From NCBI RefSeq assembly GCF_006345805.1, contig NC_043004.1:55986001-56050000 (forward strand): DNA of 64,000 nt. Reading direction: 5' to 3'. The position numbers and the translations under genes are program-made. Below the pieces are notes generated by a model. It saw nothing but the letters and a program-made list of their open reading frames with translations, was not told the origin of the DNA and made no database searches. Shown piece after piece: positions 26,451-39,344 of this stretch; within the stretch, counting starts at the first letter, position 1, and each line of letters starts with the position of its first letter. The stretch comes from Octopus sinensis (Eukaryota).

Positions 26451-29400
26451 TTATCTATATTCGTACATAGAAACCTACATGACACTCCCGTATCTATATT
26501 CGTATATAGAAACCTACATGACACTCCCGTATCTATATTCGTTTATAGAAACCTACATGACACTCCCGTATCTATATTCGTTTATAGAAACATACATGAC
26601 ACTCCCGTATCTATATTCATTTATAGAAACATACATGACACTCCCGTATCTATATTCGTATATAGAAACCTACATGACACTCCCATATCTATATTCGTTT
26701 ATAGAAACATACATGACACTCCCGTATCTATATTCGTTTATAGAAACATACATGACACTCCCGTATCTATATTCGTATATAGAAACCTACATGACACTCC
26801 CGTATCTATATTCGTATATAGAAACCTACATGACACTCCCGTATCTATATTCGTTTATAGAAACCTACATGACACTCCCGTATCTATATTCGTTTATAGA
26901 AACATACATGACACTCCCGTATCTATATTCATTTATAGAAACATACATGACACTCCCGTATCTATATTCGTATATAGAAACCTACATGACACTCCCATAT
27001 CTATATTCGTTTATAGAAACATACATGACACTCCCGTATCTATATTCGTATATAGAAACATACATGACACTCCCGTATCTATATTCGTATATAGAAACCT
27101 ACATGACACTCCCGTATCTATATTCCTTTATAGAAACATACATGACACTCCCGTATCTATATTCGTTTATAGAAACATACATGACACTCCCGTATCTATA
27201 TTCGTTTATAGAAACATACATGACATTCCCGTATCTATATTCGTATATAGAAACCTACATGACACTCCCGTATCTATATTCGTTTATAGAAACATACATG
27301 ACACTCCCGTATCTATATTCGTATATAGAAACCTACATGACACTCCCGTATCTATATTCGTATATAGAAACCTACATGACACTCCCGTATCTATATTCGT
27401 TTATAGAAACATACATGACACCCGTATCTATATTCGTATATAGAAACCTACATGACACTCCCGTATCTATATTCGTATGTAGAAACCTACATGACACTCC
27501 CGTATCTATATTCGTATATAGAAACCTACATGACACTCCCATATCTATATTCGTTTATAGAAACATACATGACACTCCCGTATCTATATTCGTATATAGA
27601 AACCTACATGACACTCCCGTATCTATATTCGTTTATAGAAACATACATGACACTCCCGTATCTATATTCGTATATAGAAACCTACATGACACTCCCGTAT
27701 CTATATTCGTATATAGAAACCTACATGACACTCCCGTATCTATATTCGTTTATAGAAACATACATGACACTCCCGTATCTATATTCGTATATAGAAACCT
27801 ACATGACACTCCCGTATCTATATTCGTATGTAGAAACCTACATGACACTCCCGTATCTATATTCGTATATAGAAACCTACATGACACTCCCGTATCTATA
27901 TTCGTTTATAGAAACATACATGACACTCCCGTATCTATATTCGTATATAGAAACCTACATGACACTCCCGTATCTATATTCGTTTATAGAAACATACATG
28001 ACACTCCCGTATCTATATTCGTTTATAGAAACATACATGACACTCCCGTATCTATATTCGTATATAGAAACCTACATGACACTCCCATATCTATATTCGT
28101 TTATAGAAACATACATGACACTCCCGTATCTATATTCGTATATAGAAACTACATGACACTCCCGTATCTATATTCGTATATAGAAACCTACATGACACTC
28201 CCGTATCTATATTCTTTATAGAAACATACATGACACTCCCGTATCTATATTCGTTTATAGAAACATACATGACACCCGTATCTATATTCGTTTATAGAAA
28301 CATACATGACACTCCCGTATCTATATTCGTATATAGAAACCTACATGACACTCCCGTATCTATATTCGTTTATAGAAAATACATGACACTCCCGTATCTA
28401 TATTCGTATATAGAAACCTACATGACACTCCCGTATCTATATTCGTATATAGAAACCTACATGACACTCCCGTATCTATATTCGTTTATAGAAACATACA
28501 TGACACTCCGTATCTATATTCGTATAGAAACCTACATGACACTCCCGTATCTATATTCGTATGTAGAAACCTACATGACACTCCCGTATCTATATTCGTT
28601 ATAGAAACCTACATGACACTCCCGTATCTATATCGTTTATAGAAACATACATGACACTCCCGTATCTATATTCGTATATAGAACCTACATGACACTCCCG
28701 TATCTATATTCGTTTATAGAAACATACATGACACTCCCGTATCTATATTCGTATAGAGAACCTACATGACACTCCCGTATCTATATTCGTATATAGAAAC
28801 CTACATGACACTCCCGTATCTATATTCTTTATAGAAACATACATGACACTCCCGTATCTATATTCGTATATAGAACCTACATGACACTCCCGTATCTATA
28901 TTCGTTATAGAAACCTACATGACACTCCCGTATCTATATTCGTATATAGAAACCTACATGACACTCCCGTATCTATATTCGTTTATAGAAACCTACATGA
29001 CACTCCCGTATCTATATTCGTTATAGAAACCTACATGACACTCCCGTATCTATATTCGTTTATAGAAACATACATGACACACTCCCGTATCTATATTCGT
29101 TTATAGAAACATACATGACACTCCCGTAATCTATATTCGTATATAGAAACCTACATGACACTCTCCCGTATCTATATTCGTATATAGAAACCTACATGAC
29201 ACTCCCATATCTATATTCGTTTATAGAAACCTACATGACACTCTCCCGTATCTATATTCGTTTATAGAAACCTACATGACACTCCCGTATCTATATTCGT
29301 TTATAGAAACATACATGACCCTCCCGTATCTATATTCGTATATAGAAACTACATGACACTCCCGTATCTATATTCGTTATAGAAACCTACATGACACTCC

Positions 29401-30962
29401 CGTATCTATATTCGTATGTAGAAACCTACATGACACTCCCGTATCTATATTCGTTTATAGAAACCTACATGACACTCCCGTATCTATATTCGTTTATAGA
29501 AACATACATGACACTCCCGTATATATTCGTATATAGAAACATACATGACGCTTCCGTATCTATATTCGTTTATAGAAACATACATGACACTCCCGTATCT
29601 ATATTCGTATGTAGAAACCTACATGACACTCCCGTATCTATATTCGTTTATAGAAACCTACATGACACTCCCGTATCTATATTCGTTTATAGAAACATAC
29701 ATGACACTCCCGTATCTATATTCGTATATAGAAACATACATGACGCTTCCGTATCTATATTCGTTTATAGAAACATACATGACACTCCCGTATCTATATT
29801 CGTATGTAGAAACCTACATGACACTCCCGTATCTATATTCGTTTATAGAAACCTACATGACACTCCCGTATCTATATTCGTTTATAGAAACATACATGAC
29901 ACTCCCGTATCTATATTCGTATATAGAAACATACATGACGCTTCCGTATCTATATTCGTTTATAGAAACATACATGACACTCCCGTATCTATATTCGTAT
30001 GTAGAAACCTATATGACACTCCCGTATCTATATTCGTATATAGAAACCTACATGACACTCCCGTATCTATATTCGTATATAGAAACCTACATGACACTCC
30101 CGTATCTATATTCGTATGTAGAAACCTACATGACACTCCCGTATCTATATTCGTATGTAGAAACCTACATGACACTCCCGTATCTATATTCGTATATAGA
30201 AACCTACATGACACTCCCGTATCTATATTCGTTTATAGAAACATACATGACACTCCCGTATCTATATTCGTATATAGAAACCTACATGACACTCCCGTAT
30301 CTATATTCGTATGTAGAAACCTACATGACACTCCCGTATCTATATTCGTATGTAGAAACCTACATGACACTCCCGTATCTATATTCGTTTATAGAAACCT
30401 ACATGACACTCCCGTATCTATATTCGTATATAGAAACCTACATGACACTCCCGTATCTATATTCGTATGTAGAAACCTACATGACACTCCCGTATCTATA
30501 TTCGTATGTAGAAACCTACATGACACTCCCGTATCTATATTCGTTTATAGAAACCTACATGACACTCCCGTATCTATATTCGTTTATAGAAACATACATG
30601 ACACTCCCGTATCTATATTCGTATATAGAAACATACATGACGCTTCCGTATCTATATTCGTTTATAGAAACCTACATGACACTCCCGTATCTATATTCGT
30701 ATGTAGAAACCTACATGACACTCCCGTATCTATATTCGTATATAGAAACCTACATGACACTCCCGTATCTATATTCGTATATAGAAACCTACATGACACT
30801 CCCGTATCTATATTCGTATATAGAAACCTACATGACACTCCCGTATCTATATTCGTATATAGAAACCTACATGACACTCCCGTATCTATATTCGTATATA
30901 GAAACCTACATGACACTCCCGTATCTATATTCGTATATAGAAACATACATGACGCTTCCGTA
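26451..30962. repeat. 39-bp minisatellite, ~115 units (ATCTATATTCGTATATAGAAACCTACATGACACTCCCGT)
   Basis: Direct sequence; 13-aa periodic pseudo-ORFs. Confidence 0.98.
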
Positions 30963-31000
30963 TTTTTATTTGATTATTGCATAATTAATTGCATAATTAA

Positions 31001-31261
31001 ATAAAAAATAAATGCGCCCTTTTAATGCCTAGCCAGGCTCATGGGCCCGGTTTCCCGGTTTCAATGGCGTATGTGTTCCGCAGCAGGACGGGACGCCAGT
31101 CCATCGCAGCGTTACTCATTTTCGCCAGCTGAGTGGGCTGGAGCAACGTGAAACGAAGTGTTTTGCTCAAGAACACAACGCTTCGCCCGGTCCAGGAATC
31201 GAAACCACAATCTTACGATCATGATGCTGACACCCTAACCACTAAGCCACACACCTCCACA
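31001..31261 (-). mobile_element. SINE family D (tRNA-derived, V-domain-like GATGGACTGGCGTCCCGTCC)
   Basis: Head GTGGAGGTGTGTGGCTTAGTGGTTAGGG; 14-bp TSD AATTGCATAATTAA / AATTGCACAATTAA. Confidence 0.8.
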
Positions 31262-31276
31262 AATTGCACAATTAAG

Positions 31277-31625
31277 TATTGCATAATTAAATATTTAATA
31301 AAGTATGCCCTTTAGTTTATATTCCAGTTATTACTCATTGATTATGAAACAGGAAGGAAAAATTCACTTGCTAGAGTGCGTCAAACGGCAGCAAATTGAA
31401 CATACGTATTGTGCTCAACGATTTTCCTCTTGTATTCAACGGTGCTAAATGTCAATCCATCTCTATGAGAAATATCCATGTTTTGAGCAGTTTGCAGTTT
31501 GTAATGATTTTGGTTTATATCCTTTATAATTGTAAAAACTGTATAAAAATTAGATCTGCATTAGTTTTGTTGAATCTTTGCACTTTGACATATGCAACTA
31601 TCTAGATTCGTATATAGGAACATAC
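31277..31625 (+). repeat. ~340-bp unit, copy 2 (with a single minisatellite seed)
   Basis: Ends ATCTAGATTCGTATATAGGAACATAC. Confidence 0.8.
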
Positions 31626-31662
31626 AAAAGCGCGCACATTCACGCACGCGTAGACATATTAT

Positions 31663-31734
<72 letters not shown>

Positions 31735-33249
31735 AGAGTAAAAGATTGAACGAGAGAGAGTAAGAGTTAAAAGATTGAAGGCGTAAAGAAAGAAAATACG
31801 CGCTTAGTGACAAATAGCGAGTAAAATAGTCTGAAGTATTGGGTACATGATAATGACAGGGAAACAGGTGTATAATGTGCGAATGAGTGCACTAACCATT
31901 ATATGAAGAGAGGAAGAGTGAGCAAACGAGCCAGAGAAAGTGAAAGAGAGAGGGAGAGAGGGAGACAGAGAGACAGAGACAAGGGAGTAGAGAAGTAAAA
32001 ATAGAGAAAGCAGGAGATGAAGGATGTTAAAAGAATTATTTTCTCGTAGGTAATATATTTTATACTATATAACCTGAGAGGAAGAGTAAACAGTGAAATT
32101 TGTTTATCGGTAATAAACTTCCTAAGATTACACCATACATATGTTGTTAGTGTTAACCCGAGGGTGAAATAGCCAAGAGGCGAGACAAGATGAGATCTTT
32201 TAAAATGCCAGCAACACGCTGGCAAATGGATATCTCATTGTTGAGAAGACTACAAAGATAATAAAAAAAGGAAAAAAAAAACACGCAAAACATAAAATAC
32301 CATTCATTCATGATGCGAAAACGAAATTTTAAGTAAAAAACCAACAACAAATCAGCAATATAAACAAAAGGAACAAGAACAACAGCAAAAAAAATTATTA
32401 AAAAATGTAATATATATATAAAAGACAAATCTGAACAAGAAAACACCGAAGTTAACCAATCAATTTATTTTACATCATCTTATTTTGCTTCTTTGTAGCT
32501 TCGAGAAAAGTTCGAAATTTATATATTTATTTATTTATTTTGTTTCGTTTTATTTTTATTTGCTTGTTTATTATACCTTTATTTATTTATCCATCAAAAG
32601 AGCAAGTTTCGTTATAAATAGTATTCTATCCGCTATTGGTTTTAGCTCAATAGTTTAACTGTTATTACGGTAGTTTTCTTTACAGTTCAATGCTTCGTGC
32701 ACATATCCAGAATGGAACGGAATACAAAATATAACAAAAACATATATTTAAAAAAAAAATAAATATAAAACAGATAAAGCGAAAACTAAATCAAAAACAT
32801 TTTCGGTTATTTATTTTGAAGCCGTCTTTCCTCTATAGTTCCACCATATTTATACTAATTTATTCCTACATCTTTGTACGAGATATTTCTATCTCGATAT
32901 TATCACCACCCAAATATTCACCAATTTTGAATTAGTACTACGCACGTTTCACTTCAGTGTAATAAATACTATCTTAAGTCTAAGATGGCGCCTTTATGTA
33001 GCCAGTTGTTACATTAGAAATAGCAAACAATGCAACCTCAAATCACAGCTTACCGTTTTAAATCACAAAGGACACCTTGAATAATGAAAAACTGGGCTTA
33101 CGGAAATGCAGGTTTGTCACGGCTGGATTGCTTCTGATCGTAGATATTTTCAATCACGGCTGACCTGAGGCTAAATAGCAAAAATGATGATGACGACAAG
33201 AACTTCAGCTCTCTTTTCTTTGTTTTTCTTTTTTTTCCCGCTTTTATAT

Positions 33250-34010
33250 ATGATTCCTTCTCCAACTTTCTCCCTTACCATGTTTTCTTGCTTTTGTTTA
33301 GATCCAGTTCTGCACTGTTCAAGAAATATGATCGTAGGAGGTCAATTCCTGACCATCCAGCAGTTTTCAAAACTTTGTGTATCTTGAACCACATCATCCA
33401 CTGTGTTTTTACTTTAAAAAAGTGGTAGCGTATGTGTTTGAAGAATATACGTTTGCTATATCTCAGATCCTTTTTATGCTGCAAAATGTACTCAATATCT
33501 TGCTCAAAGGCTATGATAACAACTTTGTCGGCTGTACGTATTCCGAATATCGACATTTCATTTAATTCGGTGACGCCAGTGCTATGTATGGACATTATAA
33601 GGTTGTTATTGGACAATTCAATAGCAATATAGAGAATGTTAATGTACCAGAATTCCAGTACATATGAATATCAGTACTAAAGGTGTAAAGTCTTCATGCA
33701 GGGGTAAAATCCTGTATCTGAGGAAAAAAAAAAAAAGAAACTGATTATCTGCAGCAGCAAGAATGGTGAAAGGAAACAAAGGAAAGCTCGTTGGTTTCGA
33801 TAGTCGTGATGAATGAAAAAGACTGTTATTCTGTGTTCTGACCCTTCGACATAGTCACGGAATGTCAGCTGTCCGTACTCTTCCCAGAAACGAACATATT
33901 AACGGCCAAAGAACTGTCCTGGAGTTTCCATTTATGTTTGCCCATTGTTCTTCTCTTCTTGAAGGCATTCCAGTTTAATTATTAACTGTGCTCATCCAAA
34001 GCTACATTTA
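33250..34010 (-). mobile_element. Possible decayed RTE-like RT remnant
   Basis: RTADKVVIIA resembles RYADD.VL.A; otherwise degraded. Confidence 0.3.
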
Positions 34011-34076
34011 GAAACCATATTCAAAGTGTAATACATACATCAGCAACGAATTGTGGTTGGTCAAGACGGTTTAGAG

Positions 34077-34296
34077 CAGTGGTTTTCAACCAGGGTTCCG
34101 CGGAACCTTAGGGTTCCGCCAGTACAGTCCAGGGGTTCCGCAAGAAGTTACAAAACTGCTAAAATCGGCAGTAAATTTTTAAGTCTCCTATGCAGATATG
34201 TGTGCATAAGACTATTAAATTATTGCACAGGGGTTCCTCGAGCCAGTGGAATGTTTCCTTGGGGTTCCGCTCCAGCAAAAAATTTGAAAAGCACTG
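34077..34296. mobile_element. hAT MITE
   Basis: TIR CAGTGGTTTTCAA / TTGAAAAGCACTG; perfect 8-bp TSD GTTTAGAG; sister copy at 58688. Confidence 0.92.
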
Positions 34297-34621
34297 GTTT
34301 AGAGACATCGTGGTTATGACATATAGTTGTAAGTCTACAGCTATCAAGAAAGCATTATAATGGTGTCATGTCAAAAGTGTTTAATTTCTTATGATTGATA
34401 AAAAAAGCACCAAAAATTGCATCATATATCGTATGTGCATATTACAGATTTTCTTTACGCAGCGAGCTGGCAGAATCCTTACCGCACCGAGCAAAATGCT
34501 TATCATAGTAGTATCCGTGGGCATCAGAAAGATTATCTTCATGGATGCTTAGCTGAGGGTTGTTTATCCCTTTTGACTAGCGAGAAGGTTGAATGAGTTA
34601 AGTGGGTATTTCTGTGTGCAT

Positions 34622-34858
34622 TTACTCTTTTACTCTTTCTCTTGTTTCAGTCATTTGACAGCGGCCATGCTGGAGCACCGCCTGTAGTCGAGGAAATCGA
34701 CCCTAGGACTTATTCTTTGTAAGCCTAGTACTTTTTCTATCGGTCCCTTGCCGAACCGCTAAGTTACGGGGACGTAAGCACACCAGCATCGGTTGTCAAT
34801 CGATGTTGTGTGTGTGTGGGGGATTCAAACACAGACACACACACACACACACACACAC

Positions 34859-34941
<83 letters not shown>

Positions 34942-35075
34942 CGACGGGCATATTTTAGTTTCAGTCTATCAAATCCACTCACAAGGCTTTGGTCGGCCCG
35001 AGGCTATAGAAGAAGACAAGGTGCCACGCAGTGGGACTGAAGCCGGAACCATGTGGTTGGTAAGCAAGCTACTTT
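34622..35075 (-). mobile_element. SINE family A, full length
   Basis: Reverse complement of the family consensus. Confidence 0.88.
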
Positions 35076-35139
35076 ATTTCATAAAATTTGTCATATAGAC
35101 AGTACAAAGATTGTGTAGCTTTGCGGTTAGACAAACATT

Positions 35140-37128
35140 AATGAATGAAAATGAAATAAAATGAATAAATGAGAGACGAAACCCAACACCCGCCGATTGG
35201 ATTTTTCTCGAAAACATATTTTCTATTTTTAAAAATCAACATGAGGTTTCAAACCTCTTACAAGAAGGAGGCCCTAAAATCTCTTACTCAACATATTTTT
35301 TTTAAACATACAATTGAGGTTATAAACCACTACAAATAATACAATAAGATGAGGTTTCAAACCCCCTAACGAGACTTTTTCACCTCCTACTCATAGATAT
35401 ATCCATCGATATATTCATTATTATCTTCAATGTCGCTTGAGTTCTTGTATCCCGCCATTTCCCATGCCTCACACATGTAGGACATGTAAGTCGTGTAAGG
35501 GGCACCCGGCCATATGCGATACTCCTCTCCAAATCCTTTAAGCCTTTTCCACAAGGGAAACCTTATAACCTCCACAGCTATCTGCGGAGGCCATTCGGGA
35601 TCCCATGTGAAGGGCATATCTACTGTCTCTTTATGTTCCTCTACTATTTTCCCACTGCCCTGCCCTTGTAGAAAAAGATAATTAATTCATCATCTTTAAG
35701 GGTGGGGGTCGTTTCTTCCACCGTGGGGGGCACAACTTCGGGACGTGCAGACGGCACATCATCTCCCCCTGCGATGACCCGTTCTTCTTCTTTCTTTTTT
35801 TCTTTTCTTCCTGACTTCGGGAGAGTGGAGCTCTTCCGCTTTGTCCGGAGTCTCTCCCCCAATTCCCGAAGCCTTAGGGCTCTTCGGCGGGCAACTATTG
35901 TTGCCCGCATTCTTCCTTTTTAATCCTTTTTGGGTTGAGGAGGCTTAACCACACCCACTTCTCCCTTTGACCGGGTAGGGGAGGTGGCATCCAGTGACTG
36001 TTCTAGGACCTTACCATGGTCCTGGGGGCAGTTCTTTTTAATGTGGCCTGGCTGCATGCACGAGTGACACCTGCAGATACCTGCAGCCAGCCATTTAAAA
36101 AAAATCTGGGAAAACCAGATCTGTTGGGGCCGATGGGGTCCACAGGGTCAAAATCGCTTTTGACCCTTCCCAATCGACCGCCGGCAATACCCTTACATTT
36201 AAGAGCCTGGGCCCGCTATCCCCTAGTCCCCGTCGGATGGTATCTTCAATCCAACCCCACCCCCACCCCGGTGCCTGGGGGTAACCCACATACCCAGGCT
36301 CTTATTAATTTCCTCCCGCAGTACGACGGGAAGGACAGAATTTCGTTACCCTCTAAAGGCTGACTCGCAAATTTGCGAGCCTGTTCCCCATTGTCAAACA
36401 GCAACCATATGGTTGCATGTTTGACACCATGGGATATGTATTTCACAGAGGACAAATAATCTTTCAGTTCATTTTCTATAACTGGTTTTGGGGAGACGGT
36501 GATGGAATCAAGAACTTTAGAATAAGTTCTAACCACCACCGTCCTCTCCACCATATCTTTTAACCACTGCTTGGGTGGGACAATCTCCCACTCCAGAGCA
36601 GCGGTACCATTCTTTATCGCCATAAGGAAGAAAGTTCAAATGTCCACAAATATAGAAATACACAAGAAAGAAGAAAAAAAAGTCAGAACGAAAAATAAAT
36701 AGTAAAAAATAAGACAAAAGAGAACAAAAAAAGGACAGTTAAAAAAACAGAAGGAAAAACACGGAAGAAATATGGTTCCAAATGGCAACCACACAATTCC
36801 GGCCACAGGTACTCCTGGCCTTCCGAGCTGGAATTTTAAATCCACAGAAGACGAATCTTCGCCACAATGAGCAACAAAAATTTTCAATGACTGGAACAAA
36901 CTTCAATACGCTTCCAACCTTTTTTCAACAAGCAAAAATCAGGCGAAATTGTCCCAGAGCTGGGCGAAATTTACTGAAAAAATTTCGAAACAATAAATCA
37001 CGCCGAGCTCAAAACAAACAAAATCACCTACCTCGAACGGACTTCTTAATTTTCCGTTTTAGGACGGAGCACACAAGCTCATGTCCTCTCTGTTCAAGGG
37101 TTGAACCAAAACACCGATGCGCATGTGC
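35140..37128 (-). mobile_element. ORF1-only (gag-like) retroelement with CCHC zinc knuckle
   Basis: Frameshifted minus-strand ORF ~36623 to 35387 containing CHSCMQPGHIKKNC (CX2CX4HX4C, 36028-36069) and a K/E-rich tract. It is followed by a UTR ending in (CATT)-like repeats, with no ORF2. Confidence 0.6.
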
Positions 37129-38182
37129 AGAAGTAAGCCAAGCTACTTACCACACAGCCACTCCTGGAGGATGGAAAGAGAGGAAGGAATGGTAGTTATA
37201 TGGGGATGGAGGTGTGTGTGGTGATGCTGGAGTTTTTTTGCTATTCACTCTGCAGATGTCAAGGATGAGTAGTACATTCTTTTGTTCGATCTCATTTCAG
37301 GCATGACTATCTTCTATGAAGTCTGAAGTAAACAGGTCAGCTGGTACAACCACTACTGCCATCAGCTGTTGGAGTTCAGTGTCTGAATTGATAAATGATG
37401 CCTTCTGAGGGCGACGTTTTACTTATTTCTTATGCAGCAGTGGTTACATCCTAAAAATTGGTTTGTCTGTTTATTTGTTTGTGTTCCTTCTTTGTTCTAT
37501 AATATGCTAAGAGCGGTTCATGTTGTTCTGTTTGAAAATGTCTTTTCGTACTCCAGAATCGATGTTTTGCTTTTATGTTTACATGATAGGCCGACGAATA
37601 TACGGACTACACGGTAACCATCCCAGTAATACGGACTGTGATCATAAGAGAGATGTGATTTGTGAAAACGCGCTTAGAAATGCATTGAAATATTTATAAA
37701 TTTTATCCAAGGATTATTATAATCTTTATTTATTGTAATCGATAAAATGATATTCGATGTAAGTTGGATTAATAAATTCATTTAATTATTTACTATTTAT
37801 TGTTATTATTACTATGCTTATCCTACATTATATTGGTACAGCTCGAAGGAACCATAAAATCTGGTTCACCAGTCAGCATCATTAGACTATAGGCGGCATG
37901 ATGGAATAAGAGCTTTACCAAATATTCAAAACGTTTCCCGTAAACAAATTTAAAAGTTATATATCAATATATACCAACACACACACACACATTTTAAAAT
38001 TCTTTTATTTGTTTCAGTCATTTGAATGTGGCAATGATGGAGCACCACCTTTAGTCGAACAAATCGACCCCAAGACTTATTCTTTGTAAGCCTAGTACTT
38101 ATTCTGAAACTCGAGCTAATAATCATCAAATGTAAGAAAAATGGATGGGACTACCCATGCTGAGGTGTAACGCTTTATGCAT

Positions 38183-38570
38183 CGAGCTGGCAGAAACGTT
38201 AGCACGCCGGGCGAAATGCTTAGGGGTATTTCGTCCGCCGCTGCCTCGTGAGTTCAAATTCCGCCGAGGTCGTCTTTGCTTTTCATCCTTTCGGGGTCGA
38301 TAAATAAAGTACCAGTTACGCACTGGGGTCGATGTAATCGACTTAATCCGTTTGCCTGTCCTTGTTTGTTCCCTCTGTGCTTAGCCCCTTGTGGGTAGTA
38401 AAGAAATAGGTATTTCGTTTGCCGTTACGTTCTGAATTCAAATTCCGCCGAGGTCGACTTTGCCTTTCATCCTTTCAGGGTCGATAAATTAAGTACCAGG
38501 TGCATACTGGGATCGATCTAATCGACTGGCCACCCCCACCCCAAAAAAATTTCAGGCCTTGAACCGATAG
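38183..38570 (+). mobile_element. SINE family B, two tandem units
   Basis: GAGCTGGCAGAAACGTTAGCACGCCGGGCGAAATGC head; GGTCGATAAAT(T/A)AAGTACC present twice. Confidence 0.85.
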
Positions 38571-38946
38571 TAATAATTATTAAGCATCATTGCTCATCGC
38601 TCTTTTACACTTCTTGTATCTATCTTAGCCTCATGGCTGTCGTCACATGACAGGAGAGTATTGATAAATAGTAACTTCTACATAATAGTATCATTTCCAA
38701 AATTTAATGCAAACATAAGTAATCATTCAATATTCAATTTATATTAGTAATTTTTATGATCGAAGACGTGATTCTCGAGCCAAAAATTACAAAGTTTCTT
38801 CTCGTCTAAGAATTGTGAAATTAAGTCATCATCTTTGCATGCTTTTTTTGCCAATATTGCTAGAATCTATTAACAATCTGACATCTCTTCCTTTGTTAAT
38901 CAGCTCTGATGTTTGTTCTATCTTTGCAACTGCATACCTATATTCT

Positions 38947-38949
<3 letters not shown>

Positions 38950-39040
<91 letters not shown>
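38950..39040. repeat. (TCTA)n array
   Basis: Direct sequence. Confidence 0.95.
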
Positions 39041-39127
39041 GACTGTCTATCTATCTGTTTATCAATCTGCCTATCAATCTCTATGTATGTATGCATGTAT
39101 GTATGTATGTGTGTGTGTACGTATGTA

Positions 39128-39236
39128 TGTCATTATTCAGTTTATTTCAAGATTCCTTGCCAAAAGAGAATGAACCAGGTTCTAACCTGGATTTAAGGCC
39201 CCTTCATTGGAATTTCAACGTAAACGATAGGGTAGT
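39128..39236 (-). mobile_element. Short non-LTR 3' end with (TACA)n tail, copy 1
   Basis: ~90% identical to 40152-40260; embedded in (TATG)n. Confidence 0.6.
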
Positions 39237-39344
39237 TATGTATGTATGTATGTATATATGTATGTATGTGCTTATTAGTATGTTTTATGTTTGTATTCTC
39301 ACGCATGTAATTGCATATCTAGACAGGCTCATATATAGTTAAAT

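Noticed and set aside
26451-30962. CRISPR-like array
   Set aside because: Units are contiguous with no unique spacers, there are no cas genes, and the context is eukaryotic.
26353-31004. Long ORFs (622, 537, 479 aa) in the 39-bp array
   Set aside because: The unit length is divisible by 3 and lacks stops in two frames; the 13-aa periodic translation has no non-repetitive coding flanks.
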